Position numbers and translations under genes: made by a program. A DNA stretch of 63,742 nucleotides, filler included, from Craspedostauros australis (Eukaryota), in assembly GCA_030167865.1 (NCBI GenBank). It is 9 parts of 9 records of this genome, joined end to end, with 100 filler letters (N's around TTAATTAATTAA, not from the genome) between each part and the next. Parts side by side here need not be neighbours in the genome. Positions count along the whole stretch, not along the records: positions 17,906 to 33,962 come from JALAGF010005323.1; positions 34,063 to 39,877 come from JALAGF010005324.1; 7 more parts are not named here. One strand, 5' to 3'. Shown here one piece after another: positions 24,608 through 36,877 of this stretch (positions within the stretch are counted from its first letter, which is position 1; every line of letters begins with the position of its first letter). Below the pieces are notes generated by a model. That model had not been told where the DNA came from and did no database searches. It saw only the letters and a list, made by a program, of their open reading frames with translations.

Positions 24608-26699
24608 ATGCCGAATGTTACGAACGACCAACTCCTTGATGCAGCCAAGACAGGTGACTTGTCGGTGTTGAAGGAATGGAAGGAGCAGAACAAGAAGACA
24701 CAAGTTGATGTCAACAAGGTTACAAACCGATTTGGTTACACTCCCCTTCATGTGGCATGCATGAACGGCCAGCTGGAGTGTGTGAGGTACCTCATCGAAT
24801 CATGTGGGGCGAACATCAACTGCGGAAACAGCGATGATTGGACTCCCCTTCATTGGGCATGCTACAACGGCCACCTGGAGTGTGTCAAGTACCTCATCCA
24901 ATCATGTGAGGCGAACATCAACTGCAAAGACGTCTATGGTCAGACTCCCCTTCATCTGGCATGCTACAACGGCCACCTGGAGTGTGTCAAGTACCTCATC
25001 CAATCATGTGAGGCGAACATCAACTGCAAAGACGACTATGGTCAGACTCCCCTTCATCTGGCATGCTACAACAACCACCTGGAGTGTGTCAAGTACCTCA
25101 TCCAATCATGTGAGGCGGACATCAACTGCAAAGACGACGATGGTCAGACTCCCCTTCATCTGGCATGCTACAGCGGCGAGCTGGAGTGTGTCAAGTACCT
25201 CATCGAATCATGTGAGGCGGACATCAACTGCAAAAACAACATTGGTTTCACTCCCCTTCATCGGGCATGCTACAACGGCCACCTGGAGTGTGCCAAGTAC
25301 CTCATCGAATCATGTGAGGCGGACATCAACTGCAAAACCAACAATGGTCAGACTCCCCTTCATCTGGCATGCTCCAACGGCCAGCTGGAGTGTGCCAAGT
25401 ACCTCATCGAATCATGTGAGGCGGACATCAACTGCAAAAACAACGATGGTCAGACTCCCCTTCATCTGGCATGCTCCAATGGCCACCTGGAGTGTGTGAA
25501 GTACCTCATCGAATCATGTGGGGCGAATGCCAACTGCCAAAACAACAATGGTTCCACTCCCCTTCATGCGGCATGCTACAACGGCTACCTGGAGTGTGTC
25601 ATGTACCTCATCGAATCAGGTGGGGCGAACATCAACTGCCAAAACAACCAAGGTGAAACTCCCCTTCGTTGGGCATGCATGCGTGGCGACCTGGAGTGTA
25701 TGGAGTCCCTCATCAGAGGACTTTCGCCTTCAGCTCACACACAACTGCAACAACTGCAGCAGCGCTTACAACAAAACGAACAAGCAAATGAACAGCCACA
25801 AGAACAGTTGGGACAACAGTTGAAGCGAAAGAAGCAAGAGAATGAACACAAACACAGCAGCAACAAGAGGACCAACATCAACATTGGAGAAGATCGGCCA
25901 TATCCTTCCAAACTGGGAACAGGACAGACACAATCTTCTTGTGTGGACAGGGCGACCGACAAGCAATCAAGGCAAACGTCGAAGCCCTTATGATCGCTGT
26001 CCCATCCATTGAGACACTGATGGACAAAGGAATCCAACATCACCACGCGAATGATGGCACCGAAGACTACGTGGCCCCATCCAAACAACCATCCCTCTTC
26101 CCAACCTCCAACCAAACCATGTCCGATACGTCCTCCAATGCATCTACACAGCCAAGATATCCTTTCATGACAACGTTCGTGAAAACACTGCTGCTCGCGT
26201 CGGCGCTCATATCGGCGCTCACCACGATACAGATGCCTCTCACCAGCCAACTCCCATCCTCACTGGACAGGATGATCTGCAACAGCTGATCCTTGTGGCC
26301 AACAAGTTCGGCTTCTGGCGACTCAAGCTTGTTCTTGAAGCAGAGTTGGCCCGCACTCATCTCACAGAGGACACCATGGTAGATGCGTTGATATTCGCCC
26401 ATCAATACAACTGCGTGGTGTTGAAGGATGCAGCAATGAGAATGGCAGCAGAGAGAGAGAAAGATATGTTCACTCATCCAGATTTAAGCAAGCTGATTCC
26501 ACACCATCAACTGATGGGAGGCATTCATGTCCTCTGCAGTGAAGGAGCGGAGAGTGATGGAGTTGATGATGAGTACAGCCAGATGTCCATGATGGAGCTG
26601 TACAAGGTCATAGATGAGGATGAGGGTACAGCACAAGTGGATTCATACATGGATCGGGCGACACTGGTGGACCTCGCCCGCTCTATGAGAACCAATTGA
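24608..26699 (+). pseudogene. Ankyrin-repeat + BTB/POZ (+BACK-like) protein, BTB part split by two apparent frameshifts
   Basis: Ten TPLHxAC ankyrin repeats, then a Q-rich linker. BTB-like pieces lie in successive frames: TDTIFLCG..IKANVEALMIAVPSIETLM (~25930), TIPLPNLQPNHVRYVLQCIYT (~26085), LQQLILVANKFGFWRLK..DALIFAHQYNCVVLKDAAM. Confidence 0.75.
24725..25720 (+). repeat. Tandem array of ~10 x 102-bp ankyrin-coding units with very high DNA identity
   Basis: ACTCCCCTTCAT..GGCATGC and CTGGAGTGT recur every 102 bp. Unit 1 starts at 24725 and unit 10 at 25643. Confidence 0.97.
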
Positions 26700-28207
26700 C
26701 CCGAAGTGATCGAGGTGGACGGCACTACCAAGGAAGAGAAGCGAAGTGGTTCACTCCAGCAACGGCGCTTGAGGAGCGAACGCATCATGCAGTAGAGTAG
26801 CGCAGATGACAGAATCTGAGCAATTAGATGTCAATTCGATATCAATCAGATATTCTTTACATTACTTCTCAAGAGAGCCTTCAGACTCGTATGTAGTGAG
26901 ACCTGTACGGACCTGTACGAGCAGTCGCGGCGCAATCATCATGCAAGGAGATGGCGAGGTATCAAGTCAATGCCGCATCGCACATGCCGAGTCATGGCTC
27001 AGTTCAACGCCAACGCTCCTGTTGAGTGAAAAAGACGAAAGTGGGTTTGCACGTGCCGAAGAGAGTGCCGCAAGCGGAACTACCACGACATCAAATAATC
27101 ACCCGATCATTGTGAAGTCCAGTTGCGCGGCGTTATTATGTGACGGAGAGACGAGATGGTTGTGAATATGAGTGTGAATGTGAGTGTGAATGTCGGTAGG
27201 CGAGGAGCATGGAATATGAGCGCGGTGGAGCCTCCACTGCATTCACACTCATACTACTATTCGTCGCCTTCACCATTGGTGTCTTGTGATACGCCAGTGT
27301 TTGTTCTGTTGTTCGGGCCAGCCATTGGGGCAGCGGATGGGCCAAATAACGAAGCAAGAACCATGCGCTTCGCCAATTGCGCTTTGGTCATGTTTGATGC
27401 GATCGCTTGCCGCCGGCGGAGTCCTTGAGGCTTGATGCGGTCCAACCACTTGGCTGGGTTGGCGGCTGCTCCGGCGTCCAACGCGATGCGGCTCGTGCCC
27501 AGTGCATTAGTGCGATGTGATGCTTCGCTGCCAAGCCGTTGCTTTCCACACCTCAGGACGAATTCACCGCAGAGTGAGAGTCTTGCTCAGCGCTCCAGCT
27601 TGACGACTTGGGGATTGGAATCATCGGACGAAAGATACGCGGAACCGAAGTCGAAGCCAAGAGATCGCGCGCATCTTGCACATGATGCATGGTCCGACCT
27701 CAGCTCTCTCGTCCATCACCTGCACTTGTCCGCGCAACGCGTGTGTCTGGCTTGTTCAGGTGGCGGGATTGAAGCAGCGAGGACCGCGCTCATCATCCCG
27801 GAGGCGTTTGTACCAATAGTCGTACGAGTAGAGGGAAGCGTGCTCGCACGAGTATCGTGGTGGTCGGAGACCATGGTACACATAGCATGCTGTGTTGTGC
27901 TGAGCGTGTCTCTTGGTTGTCGAACGTGAACCATCGAGTCACGAGTGATCTCAACAACAACAAAGAGAACTCGAGTTGGATTTTGAAACGATGTCAATGA
28001 CCCATGCCTCCTCCACCAGTCATTGGTGCAGATCCGTTGCTGTCCGCTTCGGATGCAGAACTGTCATGGATGGCCAGAGGAAGCGGCTGCCATGAATGAA
28101 AGAGATGCCTGACGAATCAACCATTATACTAAATGATGCATTCTATGCTCTACATGACAATATGTTACCTCGACTATGAAGACGCTTGCTCTGCTGCAAT
28201 GCTTGTT

Positions 28208-31200
28208 TCAGGCCAGACGCGAAGGCGGCATGTTCTCCGACTGAGCTGTTAGTTCAACATCCGTGATGCCATCCCCAACGCCCATCAACAGATGCTGGGG
28301 TCCGTGCTCCACAAACCGCGCAGCATCATCCAGGACAGGCTCCCTCACCGCTCCCATCACGCAGCATTTCTGGTGCAGCACACCGCTCACATACGAGCGC
28401 ACCAAGGTCAAGTGCGCAAACGTCTCGCGATGACCCGAGATGACGCACTCGTCAATGACGCATCCATCCGCGATGGTGATGTGCGTCGGCTCGTAGGCGC
28501 GGCAGGCGAAGTAGAGCAGGCGTCCCTCCACCTTGATACCCTGAAAGCGCAGGACGCCGTTCATCATGGGCGTTCCGGATAGCACCCAGGTGAACGACCA
28601 GACAGAGACTGACCAGCAGAACGACTGGTACACCATGTACAGAGCGAGGCACCACGGCGTCGTCCGCTTGTCGGTTCCAAGGAACGTGATGCATTCCAGG
28701 ATGCGCAGCAGCACGGTCCACACCGCGGACTGGACGATGATGCATGCCACGACGGCTGGAACTGCATCGGAGGGCGTCTGCGGCTTGATCAGTCTCATCC
28801 ATAGTTCGTAGGCTGGGATGAAGCTGCCTGCTACCACCACGAGCATGATGCCGTACAGCAGCGTATTCGTCGCCATGNNNNNNNNNNNNNNNNNNNNNNN
28901 NNNNNNNNNNNNNNNNNNNNNNNNNNNACCTTGATACCCTGAAAGCGCAGGACGCCGTTCATCATGGGCGTTCCGGATAGCACCCAGGTGAACGACCAGA
29001 CAGAGACTGACCAGCAGAACGACTGGTACACCATGTACAGAGCGAGGCACCACGGCGTCGTCCGCTTGTCGGTTCCAAGGAACGTGATGCATTCCAGGAT
29101 GCGCAGCAGCACGGTCCACACCGCGGACTGNACGATGATGCATGCCACGACGGCTGGAACTGCATCGGANGGCGTCTGCGGCTTGATCAGNCTCATCCAT
29201 AGTTCGTAGGCTGGGATGAAGCTGCCTGCTACCACCACGAGCATGATGCCGTACAGCAGCGTATTCGTCGCCATGAGCAGCACATGCTCACAAAGTGGCA
29301 AGGGCACGTTGCGCGGATGGCGCTCCGACCGCACTAGATTCTCCATGACGTGCGTTTGTGGTGGCACCACCGAGTTTCGGATCTCCACACCTGGTTCGGC
29401 AACGGTCATGATGCCGATGCTGCTGTCTTCGACGGTGATCTTGGCATACTCGTTGCCATCCTTCACGCACGGGTTGAAGACGGAGATGAAGGACCGTCTC
29501 ACGGAGACGAGGTCCACCTTGGACGGGAAGAATTTCTCTGCGAACACCTTGGATGTCAAATCAATGTCCATGCCAAGAGCCATAAGGATGAGATTCCAGA
29601 TGATGCAGTTGAACGTCAGTCCGTAGAGGATGAAGCACCCAAGCTTGAAGTGAAAGTCACATGCCCAGTCTGCAAACTGCGAAATGACGCTCGTGCTTGC
29701 TTTTCCGGGTCGCTTCTTCCCGATGAGCACCCATTTGAAGAGGATACTTGACACGATGAGGAACACATATGTAAGACCCAGCAATACGATCCAGTATTGC
29801 AACTTGGAGTATCGCCAGATTGGGAGCTCATCGCGGATAAGAATGTCGATGGTCAGAAAGCAAGTGAATGTAAGGTACAGCTCGATGAGCAGCCAGGAAG
29901 TCTTCATGGCGCCCAGCGCGATCCATTGGGAGTCGTTGTTCGGTCCTGCGGCATCCATGGTGCTGCTGTCCTCACTCTGCGGGTTGTCGGCATTGTTCTG
30001 CGGACCCGTCACAGGAACGTTGACATCGACGAACCCAGGATTCCCTTTGATCACAGTGTTGGGAGGTGCTTGGGCACCTTCGACCAGCACTGTGAGGTTG
30101 TGCACATGGCAGGAGGATCCAACCTTCGCGCCGGGGCACAGAGTGCCGTCGACCGTCGCATTGGCTCCGATTTGGATCTTGCGGAACCTCATGCTGGGGC
30201 CCAGCGCGTCGTCTTGCCAAGCGCCGAACATGCGGCATCGGATGGATTGGGTCACTTTGGCATGGGCGCCCATCGTCACGAGATCAAACTCTCGGATGAA
30301 TGAGTCGATACGCGATGATCGATGAACGTTTGCGCCCATGAGGTAGCAAAATACCGTCATCAGTGGCGTTCCCACAACGAAACGGCCAACGAAAATTTCC
30401 CACAAGTGCATCAGCCGATCGACGAACCACCATCGAAGGAAATAGATGCTCGTTTGGTGGATACGTCCCTCTCGATATCTGCCGATGACAATCCATTTTG
30501 CGAGAATGATCTCGATGGTGAGTGTGAGGGACCAGAATGGGATGACGAGTGGGTACCACACCCAAATGTACGGGGAGAAATCGATGAAGAAGAGCACATG
30601 GGTGCGGTTGTCGTTGACCAGCACCCTGCCGATCTCAAATGCAGGAATGATGGGCAACGCGAAGATGAATAGGACGGCAAGCGCGCCGATGGCCTGGATG
30701 AAAGCGATGGTCGGTTGTGACAGAGGCTTCTCGTTTCGTACTGTCTGGGTCCTTTTGAGCGTCGGGAGGTTGGTCGGAAGTGGCTGCCCGATGGATGCTT
30801 CGAGGTAGGTCTTGAGATCAAGAACCGACGGAAACATCTCGAAGCAGTTGGGGGGAATGACGGTGTTGTATCGCCGTGCGAGCGACTGCCAAAGCTCGAG
30901 CTCCATCATGGAGGAAAGTCCGACATCTTTCCATTTGTCTTCGGTCTTGACTTGTGACCCAGTGACATCCTTCACGATCTCGTTGAAGTCCATATGTTTG
31001 ATGTCGAGGTCTTGGATACAGGACTTTCGCAACGAAAGACGCTTCGATTGAGATGTCAGGTCGCCATCGCGTATGCTGAAGAAATTAGACATTCCGATCA
31101 CGTCCAGCACCATCTTCTGCGTTCCATCATGAAGGCGTTCGCGATTGCGTCTTCGTTGAATCTTCCCGCTCGTCGTCTTGGAGATGGTGCGCTCTTCCAC

Positions 31201-33177
31201 AGCCGCTACGGTTGCCGGTGTCAACCCAATCCCTCCCATTACAGCACGCTTGATCTCGTTGCAGACCGCTGCTGCTTCCTCGGCATGAGACGATCGAATC
31301 TCGAACACGATTTCCAACCGCCCATCGTTTCCCGAATCGTCGGACGAGAATGCCGCGACGCAACCTGGACGGACAGCGGGTGATGCATCTTCGACAGCAT
31401 GTTCAATGTCCTGTGGGTAGTAGTTGACGCCGTTGACGATGATGATGTCCTTCTTACGTCCACAGATATAGAGGTAGTCATCTTGGTAGAAACCGTAGTC
31501 ACCGGTACGGAGGTATGTTTTGGCTGGAGCGCCGCTGTTGTCGCTGCCGTTGCTGTTGCTCGTGTTTCCGTCTGTGCTGCTGCCGCTTAACGCTACGATG
31601 TCACCAGCCGTGTCGCCCTGCGACAACACTGCTTGGAATGTTTCCGAAGTGAGGCCAGGTTGGTTGTAGTAACCAGCTGCCACTGACGACCCTGCAATCC
31701 AAACCTCCCCTGTTGAATTGTCTGGCACTGGCTCCCGTGTCTCTGGGTGCACGATGATCACATCGATGGAGTGGTGCAGAGTGTCACGATGGGCGATGGC
31801 CACGAATGGATGGAGATCTTCGTCTTCACGGATGGATGACAGTTGGAATCCTTGCTGATGGCTCACGCCAACCACGTTCTCCGCCAGGCCGTATCCGGTC
31901 ATGAACCAGTCCTTGCGCAAGCCATATGGGCTGAATGCTGTGGAGAACAGTTCAGTCGTATCCAAGCGGATAGACTCTGCAGCGTTTTGGAAACGGAACA
32001 AGCTTGATAGATCGAGGTTGAGGATAGGATCCGAGCGATCGCCTCCTCGTGCCTTGGCCTCGTTGAACTTACGAGTAACCAGTCTGTAGCCAAAGTCGGG
32101 AGCAACCGTGAAATGGCACTTGTGCTTGGAGATGAGATCCATCCAAAGCAATGGATTGCGGATGAAGGAGACCGGTGACATCACGTGTGCACGGAAAGCG
32201 CCCGCCAATGGGACGATGGTCTGCTGGATCAAGCCCAGGTCGTGGTACTGCGGCAACCATGAAAATGTGGTGATGCGCTCGGGCAGCTTACTCATGTCAC
32301 CCAAATCATGTTCAAGGCATTCCAGCCAGCCAATGTGCAACATTTCAACGTTTGCTCTCAATGCATCGTGGGTGACCATCACACCCTTCGGGTTTCCCGT
32401 GCTTCCAGATGTGTACTGGAGGAAAGCAATGTCGGAACCTTCAATGATAGGTTCATCAAAGGATTGCATTGACGAAGAAGCCCGCGAACGACCAGAGATG
32501 GCACGGGACAGAAAGCTCCTGTGCAATCGTTTCGCACTGTTCTTGTGGCTGGCAAACGCATCATGGCGAATGATGCGATCGGTGACTTGAAACTTCACTC
32601 CGCTTGGCCACATGGCGCGGCTCTTCGATACTGGGTTGGCTCGATCGGCGGCACGGAACAGGTTGATGGTTGTCTGGGTGAGAATGAGGACTGGTGAGCA
32701 ATCCTCGACCACCTTGTTCATCTTGGCCAGTGACTTGACGAGTGGAGGTCCCGGAGGATAGACCAGCACGGCAGTCACGCCTGCGCGGAGACATCCCAGA
32801 AAGATGGCGAAGAAATGGAGTCCGAAGTCGTAGCAGAGAACGACGCGGTCGCCCTTGTTGACGCCCCACTTGTTGCGAAGGAGGTGGGCGCACTGTCCCG
32901 CTTCATCCCAGATCTGTTGGAAGGTGTAGTTATTGACTGGCTTTCCCTTCTCATCGTACCAAGTGGAGAAGACGAGGTCGGACTTGAGCTCGACGATGAA
33001 CTTGATGTGGTTGATGAAGGATTTGTTTTGGATGGACTTGTGGATGATCTCATGCTTGGTGGTGATGACGTTGGCCTTGGCGGTGCCAGCTTCGATGTCG
33101 TCGACAGAGACGACACTGTGCTGTGCTTGCACGGCCGTGGAGCTCTTCGGGTCCAAACAATGGGGTTTGTTATCCAT
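28208..33177 (-). CDS. NRPS-like membrane synthetase: fatty acyl-AMP ligase (FAAL) + carrier (ACP/PCP) domain + Pls/PosA-like C-terminal region with three TM-pair/beta-helix modules, ~1523 aa after removing an assembly duplication
   Basis: AFLQYTSGSTGNPKGV, SWLPQYHDLGLI, GYGLAEN, YLRTGD, GRKKDIIIVNGVNYYPQDIE, KTTSGKIQR. Carrier-like DVGLSSM at ~30910. KWIVIGRYREG/YFLRWWFVDRL/LMGANV, KWVLIGK/LGMDI and LSGTP/GIKV/ITIADGCVID..SGH mark the three modules. 28530-28877 duplicates 28928-29275 across a gap, and collapsing it gives one 4572-nt ORF. Confidence 0.88.
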
Positions 33178-33205
33178 GGTGGCGAAATTCTTTCTGTGGG
33201 AGGAA

Positions 33206-33222
33206 GGTTAGGGTTAGGGTTT
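33206..33222 (-). promoter_or_regulatory. Short telomere-like / telo-box motif (AAACCCTAACCCTAACC) ~30 bp upstream of the FAAL start
   Basis: Plus strand reads GGTTAGGGTTAGGGTTT. Function is only inferred from plant telo-boxes. Confidence 0.3.
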
Positions 33223-36196
33223 GTTTGTTCGTCGGTTGGTTGGTTTGTGAGTTTCTGTTCACATGCATTTGCTTTGTGTTTCGTTGCGCTTTTGGGACGC
33301 CTCTCCGGCCAAGCTTTGTGGGCAACGTCGAAACAACTGCGGAGGCAACAGGAGCAGCAAGCGCGAAGAGCTCAATTCGGAGACCCTGTCACGTTCGGAT
33401 GGAGGGCAATACTCGGCTCTTCCCCAGCAACCACGAATGGATTTCGGTGTGGTTGGTGCCTGTGTGCTGAATCTGCCCATGGGACACTCTGCAAATGTCG
33501 AGTGTGACCAACAAACTCATTCCCTAAATAAGAACGACATTTTCAGTGGTGTTTGATATTGAAGTGGTCATCAAGGCCACATTGATAATATCATGATGTC
33601 TTGTGTCATTGTCGAGAGTTTTGTCGGGAATGTCGGGAGTCCGTTCAAGCAAGTTACGACACACGTGAAACCCATTTAGAGTGAAAAAGAGTAAAGATGC
33701 AGATTACTACTCCGACCGGAAAGGATTCAGCCCGAACACAGGCACGGCACGCTCTGTTTTTGTCGTTCAGCCACCCTCAGAAGCTGCGGGGGAAATATAA
33801 AACCACACAATGAAGTGCTGGTCGAATAAAAAGAAGCACACCCGACGGACCCTGATAATATGCGCTTAGAGATTGTCGAGTTAATGCGAGACCATCGTAG
33901 TTGGCACCATGGTTGTGTCCAACCCTCATTTCGTCGCTGTCTGTGTCATCTCCTGGCATATTNNNNNNNNNNNNNNNNNNNNNNNNNNNNNNNNNNNNNN
34001 NNNNNNTTAATTAATTAANNNNNNNNNNNNNNNNNNNNNNNNNNNNNNNNNNNNNNNNNNNNCAGCGCCAGGCTGCCTTGATTGCCATCATCCTTGTCGT
34101 TCTTGAGCATCTTGCTGCACAGCAACACCTCCTCATGTGTGCTGTGGCACACTGCATCCTCGACACCATGCCTACAAGTGTGCGAAGGGGTTGGTACCTC
34201 AGCTCCGGCATCTTCCATCATCAAGTGCTATCTTTCTGGTCTTTGATTTGAGAGCATGGCGACTTCATGGAGTTCTACAACTTCATCGGACTCACCAGGC
34301 CATCGTTCGATNNNNNNNNNNNNNNNNNNNNNNNNNNNNNNNNNNNNNNNNNNNNNNNNNNNNNNNNNNNNNNNNNNNNNNNNNNNNNNNNNNNNNNNNN
34401 NNNNNNNNNNNNNNNNNNNNNNNNNGAGGGCTCGAGTGAGTCATGAACAGCAGCGAGCAACAACAGCCACAGAAACGAGCACGAAAGGTGCAACACAGAG
34501 AAAAGGACATCGGAGCGAAGCAACATGAAACAGACACAATCCGTCAAACATTGCATTAGATACGAACTTTTACCCAACTATCGTCTCCGTTTCAATAGTT
34601 GTAAGTTCGACTACATCGATGTCACTGCCATTGCAACGAAGTATCTGACTTTCAAGTCAGCATTGAAGAACCATTTCTGGTAGGATCTGCCTTTGTTGGA
34701 AGGTCGGAAGAGATCTTGGAGGATGTGGAGAGCAATGGACATGGCAGAGGCTGAAGTTGAGGCAATGGAAGAGCACTCTTGCAAAACAGGGTCTATGGAT
34801 GACAATTGCAACCTGACATACAAAGTGATGGCTCTTGAGAAGAAAGCAAAGGAAGATGTGGAATGCATCAACGATACCCAGAAGCAAAGAAGGCGCGAGT
34901 GGGAAGCTACAATGGCCATTTGTATCATCAAAGCATTGACAATGAGATGATTGGCAAGCAAACGATTGCAGTGAATGCTGCGATAGTTGGGATAGGTACG
35001 TTGAGCATTCAATGAATGAAGGAATGGACACCAGCAGCACAGCCAATGGAGAAAGGAAGACGGGGGAAGCAGGAAAGTGGCAACGCAAAGTGAATAGTAT
35101 GGAGATGANNNNNNNNNNNNNNNNNNNNNNNNNNNNNNNNNNNNNNNNNNNNNNNNNNAAAGGAAGACGGGGGAAGCAGGAAAGTGGCAACGCAAAGTGA
35201 ATAGTATGGAGATGAACTGCGGATGGTGAGGAGCAACACATACGTACAAACATACACATCCATCTGGTATATGGCAGTTGAAAACTGCACTTGGGCAAGA
35301 CACATGTATTTGTGAATGTGTGAAGCAGCAAGAGATGTGCGAAACTGAAGCTGTGGATGTGTAAGCATACAGCCCCATTCAGCGAGGTCAAGTATCATCC
35401 TGCCAATTGTGAATCGGACAACATGACATTTTAGCAAGCTATGTGGCATGTTGTCCATTAGGGTTAGATATATTTAGATAGCTCTTACAACACAAGTACA
35501 TGGCTTGTGCTCACTGTGGACAGACATGGTGCCGTCGCTTTTGGTCGATATCAGACTGCGATGGTATCCAACAGTGTGGGTCGTGATGTTGTGACGGCTT
35601 CGGTGGTGCGTTGATTCCTCACATTGTAGACGATTGGGCTCTGTTGTGTGCTTCCTCCCTTATGTGTGTTGTGTCAAGTAGCACAGGGTTGTTTGTGGCA
35701 TCCCTACACGTTCACATCCACATTCACGGCAACAGCAACACTTGCGAATACTATGCAGCATAATATTATATAATACAATAGAGCACAGTGACTCATCCTA
35801 TGGTATGAGAAGTATACTATACTCTCCACAATATAATAGGATGCACATAATGCTTATCTTAACAATCCGCAAATGACGACATGACAACCCTGGACGGGGT
35901 GATACGAGGAAAATGGTCGTGGAGAGAAATGGTGATGTATGGAAGGAATCAATGGATTGACGGGCACTGATTTAGTCTTGGGGGCAGATTTGGATACGGG
36001 ACTGATGGTCGTGACTTGAAATCGGGGTGAACGAGGCTGACCAGTTATGAAATTATGACCCTTACAACCACCTCCAGTTATCACCGTTGACAACTTCCCC
36101 TAGAGCACTTGTGAAGGGGTCTATTGTCGATTCGGTTTCGGTTAGTCGTGAAGTCTTGATGCGCATATCCCTAATGATTTTGGCCTGGTACTGGCC

Positions 36197-36877
36197 TACG
36201 TACCTTGCGTCCGGACGCAAATTGGAGGTGCAGTTTGCGTCCCCACGCAAATTGGGCCAATTTGCGTCCGGACGCAANNNNNNNNNNNNNNNNNNNGCCC
36301 AAATACGCTTTACGAGAAGCCGTTTTTTTTTCAAACCCTTTTTCGCTGGCCATCTCGACTCACGACATGACTCATGTCTTACATCGATAATAATCGCTGT
36401 GGTTGTGGTAATTGAACAAACAAAAATCATGATTCGTGCCCAACCCTCCTTGTTGTGTTGCACCGTTGCCAGGATTTTGGTGTTGTTGGCAGGATCGTGG
36501 TGGATGACATCGAAATCAAAAAGTAAAAGCTCATTACCTTAGATCCCATGACGTCAGAAAAGCAAGACAGGCGCACGGANNNNNNNNNNNNNNNNNNNNN
36601 NNNNNNNNNNNNNNNNNNNNNNNNNNNNNTTTTTTTTTGAAATCGCCAAATAAATGCGTTACTCGAAGGAGTCAGAAAAAAAAACAGCCCATTTTCGGGT
36701 TTCGGAGCGAAATGGGTTTTTTTTTCTGCAACACGGGACATCGTGGAGGAACATGGGACTTAAGTAGTACAAGTGGTATTTTCGGCGACCTTACATTTGC
36801 GTCCGGACGCAAATTGGCCCAATTTGCGTCCGGACGCAAACTGAGCGTTCAATTTGCGTCCGGACGCATGCTACGTA
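36197..36877. mobile_element. Non-autonomous MITE/foldback-like element with ~80-bp terminal inverted repeats made of palindromic TTTGCGTCCGGACGCAAA units, possible TA target duplication
   Basis: 36197-36277 is the near reverse complement of 36797-36877. Both ends carry TACGTA, consistent with TA|CGTA...TACG|TA. No credible internal ORF, and two internal gaps. Confidence 0.7.

Noticed and set aside
24804..25499. Alternative-frame repetitive ORF (RTSTAKTTMVRLPF...) as an overlapping gene
   Set aside because: A by-product of the stop-free 102-bp ankyrin repeat, with no independent evidence.
28530..29275. Apparent tandem duplication or second gene at the 3' end of the FAAL synthetase
   Set aside because: An essentially identical 348-bp overlap on both sides of a 50-N gap. 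Collapsing it restores one ORF. The same artefact occurs near 19108-19302, 35053-35215 and 58285-59487.
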